DNA of 64,000 bases from Flavobacteriaceae bacterium (GTDB lineage: Bacteria; Bacteroidota; Bacteroidia; Flavobacteriales; Flavobacteriaceae): the NCBI GenBank assembly GCA_018402135.1, contig JAGYJF010000005.1, positions 406,209-470,208 on the forward strand, in the 5' to 3' direction. Below the pieces are notes generated by a model, which saw only the letters and a list, made by a program, of their open reading frames with translations, did not search any database and was not told the origin of the DNA. Positions 28,826 to 37,526 of the stretch are shown in pieces (the first letter of the stretch is position 1; each line of letters starts with the position of its first letter). The position numbers were made by a program, and so were the translations under genes.

Positions 28826-29928
28826 AACGTTTTGTTGGTTTTATAAAAAAAGAGTTTTATCACATATTTCGGGATCGGCGTTCTCTATTCATTTTGTTCG
28901 GAATGCCAATTGCCCAAATATTATTGTTTGGTTTTGCCATTACCAACGAAATCAATAATGTAGATATTGCCGTCTTAGATCAGGCTAAGGATGCTACTTC
29001 CAAAGAAATTATCAATAAAATAGCTGCGTCTAAACATTTCAGTATTATTGATATCATTGAACAAGAATCATCTATAGAAGCCATCTTCAAAAAAGGTAAA
29101 GTAAAAGCGGTGCTACAGTTTGACAATAACTTTGGAAGCAACCTCATAAAGTACCAACAGACAACGGTACAAATTCTTATTGATGCCACAGATCCCAATA
29201 TGGCTAGTACCATCAATAATTATATTACAGCCATACTTAAAAATTACCAAAGTGATATCAATGATAATGTCACCCTAAATTACCAAATCATTCCAAAAAG
29301 CAGAATGGTATACAACGCCGAACTAAAAAGCGTGTATATGTTCGTGCCTGGCGTTATGACTGTTATTTTAATGTTGGTTTCGGCCATGATGACTTCTATT
29401 TCCATTACGCGCGAGAAGGAACAAGGTACTATGGAGATTTTGTTGGTTTCTCCTTTAAAACCCTTTCAGGTAATTATAGGTAAAGTGTTTCCTTATATTT
29501 TTCTATCAGTGATTAACGCACTGGTTATTGTGCTGTTAAGTATCTTTGTTTTTAATGTACCGGTAAATGGTAGTTTTATTTTACTAGGGTTTGAAAGTGT
29601 ACTGTTTATCATCACTTCTTTGGCTTTAGGTATTTTAATTTCAACTATATCAGCCACACAACAAACAGCCATGATGATTTCCCTTATGGGTCTAATGTTG
29701 CCTACCATCTTACTATCAGGTTTTATTTTTCCTATTAGTAGTATGCCTTTACCACTGCAAGTGATTAGTAACATTATACCCGCCAAATGGTTTATTATTA
29801 TTGTAAAAGGCATCATGTTAAAAGGAGTTGGTATAGGTTTTATTTTAAAGGAAACATTGATTTTGGTCGTGATGACTATGGTTTTTATTGGCATAAGCGT
29901 TAAAAAATATAAAATAAGACTAGAGTAA
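28822..29928 (+). CDS. ABC-2 permease (YbhS-like)
   Basis: KEF.HI.RD, REKEQGTME.LLVSP, LSGFIFPI.SMP. Confidence 0.88.
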   Translation: MKRFVGFIKKEFYHIFRDRRSLFILFGMPIAQILLFGFAITNEINNVDIAVLDQAKDATSKEIINKIAASKHFSIIDIIEQESSIEAIFKKGKVKAVLQFDNNFGSNLIKYQQTTVQILIDATDPNMASTINNYITAILKNYQSDINDNVTLNYQIIPKSRMVYNAELKSVYMFVPGVMTVILMLVSAMMTSISITREKEQGTMEILLVSPLKPFQVIIGKVFPYIFLSVINALVIVLLSIFVFNVPVNGSFILLGFESVLFIITSLALGILISTISATQQTAMMISLMGLMLPTILLSGFIFPISSMPLPLQVISNIIPAKWFIIIVKGIMLKGVGIGFILKETLILVVMTMVFIGISVKKYKIRLE

Positions 29929-30016
29929 GATGAAACACTTCTGTTAAAAATTTTTAATTCACAGAAGTTTGATTATACGTGTTTTACCGGACTAAGAAAA
30001 AACAAATAAAAAAAAG

Positions 30017-31138
30017 ATGAAAATAATTCTGTACATCATAAAAAAGGAGTTTAAGCAAATCTTTAGAAATAAAGGTATGTTACCCATCATTTTTATTTTA
30101 CCAATTCTGCAATTAGTTATCTTATCTAATGCCGCTACCTATGAAATAAAAAATATAACATTTGGTTATGTAGATTTAGACAATACTATAACATCAAGAG
30201 GTTTGATAGAAAAGTTTGAGGCCTCTAATTATTTTAATATTTCCAACAAATTTTCTTCTGAAAAAGAAGCTTCTAACAATTTGCTAAAGGGTGCAATAGA
30301 TGCTTACATTTATATACCGAACTATTTTGAACGCGATTTACAGAAACATAAAATCAATTCGGTTGGTGTATATGTAGATGCTATAGATGGTGCGGCAGCA
30401 GGTGTCATTAATGTATATATCACGCAGATTATTCAGAACTACAGCAGAACTATTACAGCAGATTTTATTCAGGTTTCCGATGCCGTTCAAAAACCCAATA
30501 TCGTAGATAGTATACCTTTATTTTGGTACAATCAAACGTTAAATTACAAAACATTCATGGTACCTGGTATTTTAGTTTTATTGGTTACAATGATTACGCT
30601 GTTCTTGTCAGGCATGAACATCGTTAGAGAAAAAGAAATTGGAACATTGGAGCAAATTAATGTAACACCTATAAAAAAACACCAATTTATAATAGGTAAG
30701 TTATTTCCTTTTTGGGTGATAGGAATGGGACTCTTAACAATTGGTTTGATATTGGCAAAAATAATATTTAATGTTCCTTTTGTAGGGAACCTAGTACTGC
30801 TCTATGGCTACACCTCAGTCTATATTTTAGTCGTTTTAGGCATGGGCTTATTCATCTCAAATTTTACCGATACCCAACAACAAGCAATGTTTATTGCTTG
30901 GTTTTTTATCGTTATTTTTATATTGATGAGTGGATTGTTTACGCCCATTGAAAGTATGCCACAATGGGCCCAATGGCTAACAGAATTTAATCCTATTAGA
31001 TATTTTGTCGAAATCATTAGAATGTTGATGCTTAAAGGTTCAGGTTTTATGGATATTTTACCATTAGCCTTAAAAACGCTGGCCTATGCTGTTGTAATGA
31101 ATGCACTGGCCGTTTGGAGTTATAAGAAAACTATCTAG
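30017..31138 (+). CDS. ABC-2 permease (YbhR-like)
   Basis: REKEIGTLEQINVTP, SGLFTPIESMP. Confidence 0.88.
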   Translation: MKIILYIIKKEFKQIFRNKGMLPIIFILPILQLVILSNAATYEIKNITFGYVDLDNTITSRGLIEKFEASNYFNISNKFSSEKEASNNLLKGAIDAYIYIPNYFERDLQKHKINSVGVYVDAIDGAAAGVINVYITQIIQNYSRTITADFIQVSDAVQKPNIVDSIPLFWYNQTLNYKTFMVPGILVLLVTMITLFLSGMNIVREKEIGTLEQINVTPIKKHQFIIGKLFPFWVIGMGLLTIGLILAKIIFNVPFVGNLVLLYGYTSVYILVVLGMGLFISNFTDTQQQAMFIAWFFIVIFILMSGLFTPIESMPQWAQWLTEFNPIRYFVEIIRMLMLKGSGFMDILPLALKTLAYAVVMNALAVWSYKKTI

Positions 31139-31265
31139 GAGATTTTAAATATTTTTCAATGTCTAGTGCCTGTAGCTCTTAACTATTGCTTCATATGTTG
31201 TCAGGGAAGGGGTTAAAATCTCATAATATTGTGTTGATTACTTGATTTAAATGGGTTTTCTAAAA

Positions 31266-31967
31266 TTAATGACACTGAATATCTCCCGAAACCATTTCTA
31301 CCACAGGAGTCGGGGAGATGTAAGGAATACCAAGCCCCAAACCTCTTAAAATAAACAAGGCGCCTATAATTACCACAAATACAGGAATGGCTTTTTGAAT
31401 GCGCTGTTTTATTGTGCTATTGAGAAATTTACCTAAATAAATGGCTGCGGTCATAAGGGGAATAGTGCCTAAGCCAAACAAAGCCATATACAAACTACCT
31501 TGTGCAAAACTTCCCATAGCGACAGCGCCAAATACTGCCATATATACCAAGCCGCAAGGTAAAAAACCGTTGAGAAAACCAATAGTAAGAAACGTGTCAG
31601 CTGTTTTTTTATGAAGCGCTTGACCCAAACTTTTTTTGATGTAGCCTATGGCTTGATAAAGTGGTTTTGCCAGATTGAATTTTCCTATCCAGCGGTGAGG
31701 TAATAAGACCACAACAATCATTAATACACCGATAATTATGGAAAGCTGTTGTTGCATTCCGAAGATGTATAGACTCTTGCCAATCAACCCAAATATCAAA
31801 CCAATAATAGCATAAGCCAATATACGGCCAATGTGATACATGCTTATTTGGGTGATTTTTTTAAAGGAATTAGATCTATCTACTGGCAACATAAAAGCAA
31901 TGGGTCCGCACATCCCAACACAGTGCAAACTGCCAATTAAACCTAATATGAATGCCGAGTATAACAT
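31266..31967 (-). CDS. cbb3-cluster membrane protein (DsbD_2 / TauE-SafE-like)
   Basis: GSLHCVGMCGP, GFLPCGLVY, FGLGT.P. Confidence 0.85.
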   Translation of the reverse strand: MLYSAFILGLIGSLHCVGMCGPIAFMLPVDRSNSFKKITQISMYHIGRILAYAIIGLIFGLIGKSLYIFGMQQQLSIIIGVLMIVVVLLPHRWIGKFNLAKPLYQAIGYIKKSLGQALHKKTADTFLTIGFLNGFLPCGLVYMAVFGAVAMGSFAQGSLYMALFGLGTIPLMTAAIYLGKFLNSTIKQRIQKAIPVFVVIIGALFILRGLGLGIPYISPTPVVEMVSGDIQCH

Positions 31968-32414
31968 TTAGTAAGTAATCTGTTCTTTAAATAGGTATTT
32001 AGTTTTGTTGAGTTCCCATTCAACTGAAAGGTTCCAACGACCATCTAATAAACGATTGTCAGGTACGAGCAATGTGTGATTAGACAATGAAATTGGCATT
32101 TCAAAGTCCAGATGTTTATTAGATGGTCTATAAAGGAACACTTTTCCGTTTATTTCATTGGCATTTATGTTTTTAGGAAAGGTAATAAGCATACCTTCAG
32201 TTGTTTTTTTCCAAGTAATTTGTTCGCTTAAATTATTTGCGTTTTTTTCATTTTCAATTGATTCTTGAAATTTAAGTTCTTGTTGGTAGTAATTTTCAAC
32301 TACCAAATCGTGCTCGTATTTGTCGTTGGTCAACATACTTATTACAAAATACATGATAAATGCAATGAAGCCTATAAATGCTAATACGATTGCTGTTCCC
32401 CAGTTAATTTTCAT
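31968..32414 (-). CDS. ccoH: cbb3 oxidase assembly protein FixH/CcoH
   Basis: NWG.AIV membrane anchor, DLV..NYY..EL, LYRPSN, GRW. Confidence 0.85.
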   Translation of the reverse strand: MKINWGTAIVLAFIGFIAFIMYFVISMLTNDKYEHDLVVENYYQQELKFQESIENEKNANNLSEQITWKKTTEGMLITFPKNINANEINGKVFLYRPSNKHLDFEMPISLSNHTLLVPDNRLLDGRWNLSVEWELNKTKYLFKEQITY

Positions 32415-32424
32415 CTGTTTATTT

Positions 32425-33849
32425 TTAATAGCTTCTTGGTCCTAAGAAATTTACTTCTGTGGTTTCAATGAGCTGTTCGTTATTATAAATATCTATGGTG
32501 AGTTTGTTTTTGTCGCCTTTTAGTAAATTCTTTTTTAATTCTATAAACAACGTACCTTCTGCAAAGCCTTCTGCTGGAACAATAATTTGGTTGTTTTCAT
32601 GTGCTACCAAATTGATAGTTCCTATAACCCCACGAATTTCAAATCTTACATTATCAAAATCGTTGATGGTTTTATTTAATAATTTATAGGTAAAAACGTT
32701 GCTCACTATATTATCGTCTTTGTATTCATATCGTTGACCAGGAAGCCTAAGAATTTTAGCATCAACATCGGTTCGTAACGCTAGCATGCCCAAAAGAATA
32801 CCAGTTAAAATAATGAGTACGGCTATATAGCCTTTCATACGATTGGTAATCTTGAACTTTTCTTTCTTTTCAATCTCGTTTTCGCTGGCATATCTAATAA
32901 GGCCTTTGGGTAGACCAACTTTTTCCATAATGTCATCGCACTCATCAATACATGCAGTACAATTAATACATTCTAATTGCGTTCCGTTTCTAATATCAAT
33001 ATTAGTTGGACACACATGTACACACTGAAAACAGTCAATACAATCGCCGTGACCAAGCGCTTTTCTGTCTTCATTATTACGCCATTTTTTACGGCCATTT
33101 TCATCTTCACCTCGTTTGTGGTCGTAGGCAACAACAATGGATTTATTATCGAGTAAAACACCTTGTAGTCTGCCGTATGGACAAGCGATGATGCAAACTT
33201 GCTCTCTAAACCAAGCAAAAATAAAATAGAAAACAGCAGTGAAAATTAGGAGTGGAAATAAAGTCCCCAAATTATCGGCAGGTCCTTCACTCACGTATCT
33301 AAGTAATTTATCGCTTCCGATAAGGTAGGCTAGGAAAATATTTGAAATTAAAAACGAAATAACTAAAAAAATGCTCCATTTAAAAAGTCGTTTTCTTATT
33401 TTTTCCGCATTCCATTTTTGTTTGTCTAAACGAATTTGCTTATTTCTATCGCCATCAATCCAATATTCTATACGTCTAAAAACCATTTCCATAAAAATGG
33501 TTTGCGGACAAATCCAGCCGCAAAAAATTCTACCAAATCCAACGGTAAACAAGATGATGAAAATGACACCAATAATCATTGATATCACAAACAAATGAAA
33601 ATCTTGGGGCCAAAACGGAAATCCGAATATATTAAAACGGCGTTCTAATACATTAAACATCAAAAATTGGTTACCATTTATTTTTATAAACGGACTAACA
33701 AATAAGAAAGCCAATAAAATATAGCTTACCAGCTTTCTTTTTTCATATAATGGACCCGAAGGTTTTTTTGGATATACCCAATTGCGCTTGCCATCTTTAT
33801 TGACGGTGCCAATCGAATCTCTAAAGATTTCGTTTTTTGGGGTTTCCAT
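32425..33849 (-). CDS. ccoG: cbb3 accessory polyferredoxin
   Basis: GRIFCGWICPQT, CPYGRLQ, CIDCFQCVHVCP, CINCTACIDEC. Confidence 0.93.
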   Translation of the reverse strand: METPKNEIFRDSIGTVNKDGKRNWVYPKKPSGPLYEKRKLVSYILLAFLFVSPFIKINGNQFLMFNVLERRFNIFGFPFWPQDFHLFVISMIIGVIFIILFTVGFGRIFCGWICPQTIFMEMVFRRIEYWIDGDRNKQIRLDKQKWNAEKIRKRLFKWSIFLVISFLISNIFLAYLIGSDKLLRYVSEGPADNLGTLFPLLIFTAVFYFIFAWFREQVCIIACPYGRLQGVLLDNKSIVVAYDHKRGEDENGRKKWRNNEDRKALGHGDCIDCFQCVHVCPTNIDIRNGTQLECINCTACIDECDDIMEKVGLPKGLIRYASENEIEKKEKFKITNRMKGYIAVLIILTGILLGMLALRTDVDAKILRLPGQRYEYKDDNIVSNVFTYKLLNKTINDFDNVRFEIRGVIGTINLVAHENNQIIVPAEGFAEGTLFIELKKNLLKGDKNKLTIDIYNNEQLIETTEVNFLGPRSY

Positions 33850-33871
33850 TTGGGATCTATTAAATTTTTAT

Positions 33872-34846
33872 TTAATTCTTGGCAACAGTAGTTTCTTCAA
33901 CCGAAGTAGTTTCCTCTTCAATTTCTGTTTCATCACCCTGGTTTTCTACGTCAGATTCAGTTTTATCATTCTCAGCTGGTTCAACTAGTTCACCTTCTGG
34001 GGGTTTAGGATTTATAGGTGTTGTACCTTGAAATTGCAGCACATAGCTTGCAACTTGCGCCATTTCTAGAGGTTTTAATTCAGTTTTCCACGGCACCATA
34101 CCTTTGCCGGCACGACCGCCTTCAGAAATAGTTTGAAATACGCCTTTGATGTCATTTTCTAATATCCAGTAATTATCTGTCAAATTAGGTCCAATGCCAC
34201 CACCACCGTCGGCCATATGGCAAGCAATACAATTGGCTTCGTAAACCCTACGTCCGGCATTTAAATCGGAAGCGTCAGTTAAAAGTTCAACAGTGTTAAC
34301 ATCAACCAAATCTTTATTAGCTTTTTTATAGGCTGCAATCGCTTCGTTAGCCATTACGTATTCAGTATTTAATTCATCAATTTGACCATCTGCATTAAAT
34401 ACGTGGTATCTAATCATGTAAACCACTCCAAAAATTATGGTTGCATAAAATCCGTAAACCCACCATGGTGGTAAGGCATTGTCTAATTCTTTTATACCAT
34501 CGTAATTATGGTCTAAAATAATTTCTGCCTCTGCTTCTAAAGGTTTTGTGCGTGTTAATTTTGCATAGATTTTATCAAACCATGTAAATTTTATGGTTTT
34601 ATTTTGTGCTGCTAAGTAGCGTTCTTTTCCAGCTTCATCCAGACTTTGAAACAGTATATTATCAATAGAAGATACTACACCTTCAATGGCAATAAGAATA
34701 AAAAGCACCAACAGTAAAAATATAAGTACAATAGGCTGTTCAATAAAAGCTGGTTTATCAACTGAAGGAACAAAATATTCAACCAACCCAGCTATAGCAA
34801 AAAATATAACGGGGATTCTAATATATGATGGGATTAATTTTCTCAT
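33872..34846 (-). CDS. ccoP: cbb3 oxidase subunit III (single heme motif)
   Basis: HNYDGIKELDNALPPWW, CIACH, GPNLTD..W, GMVPW. Confidence 0.9.
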   Translation of the reverse strand: MRKLIPSYIRIPVIFFAIAGLVEYFVPSVDKPAFIEQPIVLIFLLLVLFILIAIEGVVSSIDNILFQSLDEAGKERYLAAQNKTIKFTWFDKIYAKLTRTKPLEAEAEIILDHNYDGIKELDNALPPWWVYGFYATIIFGVVYMIRYHVFNADGQIDELNTEYVMANEAIAAYKKANKDLVDVNTVELLTDASDLNAGRRVYEANCIACHMADGGGGIGPNLTDNYWILENDIKGVFQTISEGGRAGKGMVPWKTELKPLEMAQVASYVLQFQGTTPINPKPPEGELVEPAENDKTESDVENQGDETEIEEETTSVEETTVAKN

Positions 34847-35046
34847 GATAAGTCGTTATTTTGGTTGTTTTCTAAATTCTCGTTCTCTAAGGGAATATTG
34901 CTTACATTTTTGATGTATTCTTTCTTAGCTGTAATCACCCAGTAAAATAGAATCACAAAGAAAAAGAAGAATATCAAAAGCGAGATAATCGGGTATATTT
35001 CAATACCGCTTATACTATCCATATGGTTTTTTACAAATTTTAACAT
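34843..35046 (-). CDS. ccoQ: cbb3 oxidase small subunit
   Basis: 67 aa single-TM protein between ccoNO and ccoP. Confidence 0.8.
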   Translation of the reverse strand: MLKFVKNHMDSISGIEIYPIISLLIFFFFFVILFYWVITAKKEYIKNVSNIPLENENLENNQNNDLS

Positions 35047-35052
35047 GGCTAA

Positions 35053-37242
35053 TTAGTTTTGTACTGTTTGGTTATCTGAATCTTTTGCTTTAATGTCTGT
35101 TCCTAATCTTTGCAGATAGGCGATAAGCGCAACAATTTCTCTATTTCTCATTTCTACGAATTCGTCTCCGCCTGCTTGTTTATCTGATTCGTAATTGGCT
35201 GCGAAATCGGGGTCTGTATATAAGTTCTCTTCAATTTGTGTTCCTTGTTGAAGCATGAGGTTTTGCGCGTTGGCAATCTCTTCTTCGGTATAAGGAACAC
35301 CAAGGTTTACCATAACCTCCATTTTTTTCTCTGTTTGAGATTTATCTAATTTATCTGTAATAAGCCATTGGTAAGCAGGCATAATAGATTCATTATTCAT
35401 GGCCTGCGGATCGTACATGTGGTTAAAATGCCAGCTGTCGTTGTATTTGCCGCCTACGCGGTGCAAATCAGGTCCGGTACGTTTACTTCCCCATAAAAAT
35501 GGGTGGTCGTATACAAATTCGCCAGCCTTAGAAAATTCGCCATAGCGTTCTACTTCACTTCTAAATGGGCGCACCATTTGCGAATGGCAACCTACACAAC
35601 CTTCACGGATGTAAATATCTCGACCTTCAAGTTCTAAAGGTGTGTATGGTTTAACGCTGCTTATTGTAGGAATATTTGATTTCACAACCAAAGTCGGTAC
35701 TATTTGAACCAAACCTCCAATTAAAATAGCAACAGTTGCATATATGGTTAATAAAACAGGTTTACGTTCTAACCAGGTGTGCCAACCTTCGCCAGCAACT
35801 CTGTGTTTTGAAACGCGCTGTAATTCGGGAGCTTCTGCTAATTCGTCTTGTACTGCACTACCCGATTTAACGGTTGCAATTACGTTATAAACAAGCACTA
35901 ACATGCCAGTAATGTATAGGGTGCCACCAATGGCACGCATCCAATACATTGGCATAATTTCGGTTACCGTGTAAAGGAAATTACCATAAACTAAAGTGCC
36001 ATCTGGATTGAAATCTTTCCACATACTAGCTTGGGTAAAACCAGCAACGTACATTGGCAAGGCATATAAAATAATTCCTAAGGTACCGACCCAGAAATGT
36101 AAATTGGCGAGTCCAACGGAATATAATTTAGTCTTGAATAATCTAGGAATTAACCAATAGATCATACCAAAGGCTAAGAAACCGTTCCATGCTAAGGCAC
36201 CTACGTGAACGTGAGCAATAATCCAATCGGTGAAATGCGCAATAGCATTAACGTTTTTAAGTGATAGCATAGGTCCTTCAAAAGTCGCCATACCGTAACC
36301 AGTTATCGCAACTACCATAAATTTTAGAACAGGATCAACCCTAACTTTATCCCATGCACCGCGCAGGGTCAACAAACCGTTAATCATACCGCCCCAAGAT
36401 GGTGCGATAAGCATTACTGAAAAGGCTACGCCTAAGTTTTGAGCCCATTCTGGTAAAGCAGTATAAAGTAAATGGTGAGGCCCAGCCCAGATGTAAATGA
36501 AAATCAAAGACCAGAAGTGAACGATAGATAATCTATAAGAATATACGGGTCTATTTGCTGCTTTTGGCACGAAGTAATACATCAAACCTAAAAACGGTGT
36601 GGTTAAAAAGAAGGCCACAGCGTTATGTCCGTACCACCATTGTACAAGCGCATCTTGTACACCAGCATAAACCGAGTAGCTCTTTAAACCACTTACAGGC
36701 AGGGAAAGACTATTGAAAATATGCAAAACTGCAACGGTCACGAAAGTAGCGATGTAAAACCAAATAGCAACGTACAAGTGCCGTTGGCGACGTTTTAAAA
36801 TGGTTCCAATCATATTGATACCAAAGGCTACCCAAATAAGAGCGATGGCGATATCAAAAGGCCATTCAAGTTCGGCGTATTCTTTAGAGCTGGTATAGCC
36901 TAAAGGAAGTGTTATAGCAGCACCAACAATAATAAGTTGCCAACCCCAAAAGTTTAGTTTACTTAAAAAGTCGCTGTACATTCTCGCTTTTAGCAAACGC
37001 TGCAAAGAGTAATAAACTCCAGCAAAAATAGCGTTGCCCACAAAAGCAAAAATTACAGCGTTGGTATGCAATGGACGTAAACGTCCGAAGCTTAACCAAG
37101 ATATGCCATCGGTGAGGTTAGGAAACAAAAATAAAAATGCTAGCAGCAGTCCTACAAGCATTCCTACAACTCCCCAAAGTATGGTGGCATAGAGAAAATT
37201 TTTAACGATTTTGTTATCGTAGTAAAATTGTTGCATTTCCAT
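35053..37242 (-). CDS. ccoN: Fused cbb3 oxidase subunits I and II (CcoNO)
   Basis: GRLRPLHT, WWYGHNAV, GPHHL, AHVH; CcoO part EGCVGCHSQMVRP, WGSKRTGPDL. Confidence 0.96.
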   Translation of the reverse strand: MEMQQFYYDNKIVKNFLYATILWGVVGMLVGLLLAFLFLFPNLTDGISWLSFGRLRPLHTNAVIFAFVGNAIFAGVYYSLQRLLKARMYSDFLSKLNFWGWQLIIVGAAITLPLGYTSSKEYAELEWPFDIAIALIWVAFGINMIGTILKRRQRHLYVAIWFYIATFVTVAVLHIFNSLSLPVSGLKSYSVYAGVQDALVQWWYGHNAVAFFLTTPFLGLMYYFVPKAANRPVYSYRLSIVHFWSLIFIYIWAGPHHLLYTALPEWAQNLGVAFSVMLIAPSWGGMINGLLTLRGAWDKVRVDPVLKFMVVAITGYGMATFEGPMLSLKNVNAIAHFTDWIIAHVHVGALAWNGFLAFGMIYWLIPRLFKTKLYSVGLANLHFWVGTLGIILYALPMYVAGFTQASMWKDFNPDGTLVYGNFLYTVTEIMPMYWMRAIGGTLYITGMLVLVYNVIATVKSGSAVQDELAEAPELQRVSKHRVAGEGWHTWLERKPVLLTIYATVAILIGGLVQIVPTLVVKSNIPTISSVKPYTPLELEGRDIYIREGCVGCHSQMVRPFRSEVERYGEFSKAGEFVYDHPFLWGSKRTGPDLHRVGGKYNDSWHFNHMYDPQAMNNESIMPAYQWLITDKLDKSQTEKKMEVMVNLGVPYTEEEIANAQNLMLQQGTQIEENLYTDPDFAANYESDKQAGGDEFVEMRNREIVALIAYLQRLGTDIKAKDSDNQTVQN

Positions 37243-37253
37243 AGTTAGTGTGA

Positions 37254-37445
37254 TTAGTCTTTTTTAGTTAGTGATTTTATAGATTTAGATGGTGATTTCT
37301 TAACGAGTTCATCATCAAAAAGCATTCTTACCGAAGGTGTATAGGAATCGTCGTACTGGCCTTTTCTTACGGCAAATACAAAGGCTACAAAAAAAATAAG
37401 TGCTACAATAACACTTACAGCTAATAAAATATATATGACACTCAT
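37254..37445 (-). CDS. ccoS: cbb3 maturation protein
   Basis: MSVIYILL…GQYDD..TP..RML; ATG 37445 lies downstream of the -7 box. Confidence 0.9.
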   Translation of the reverse strand: MSVIYILLAVSVIVALIFFVAFVFAVRKGQYDDSYTPSVRMLFDDELVKKSPSKSIKSLTKKD

Positions 37446-37463
37446 ACCTTTTAAATGTGGTTT

Positions 37464-37507
37464 CAAAATTAGTCTTGCTGCTCGATTACTAAAATGACAA
37501 TGGTCAT
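37464..37507 (-). promoter_or_regulatory. FNR/CRP-like palindrome and -7 box of ccoS-ccoNOQP
   Basis: ATGAC-AATG-GTCAT 37494-37507; TAATTTTG on the minus strand 37471-37464 (22-bp gap). Confidence 0.75.
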
Positions 37508-37526
37508 GTTTAATTTTTTTTCTGTT

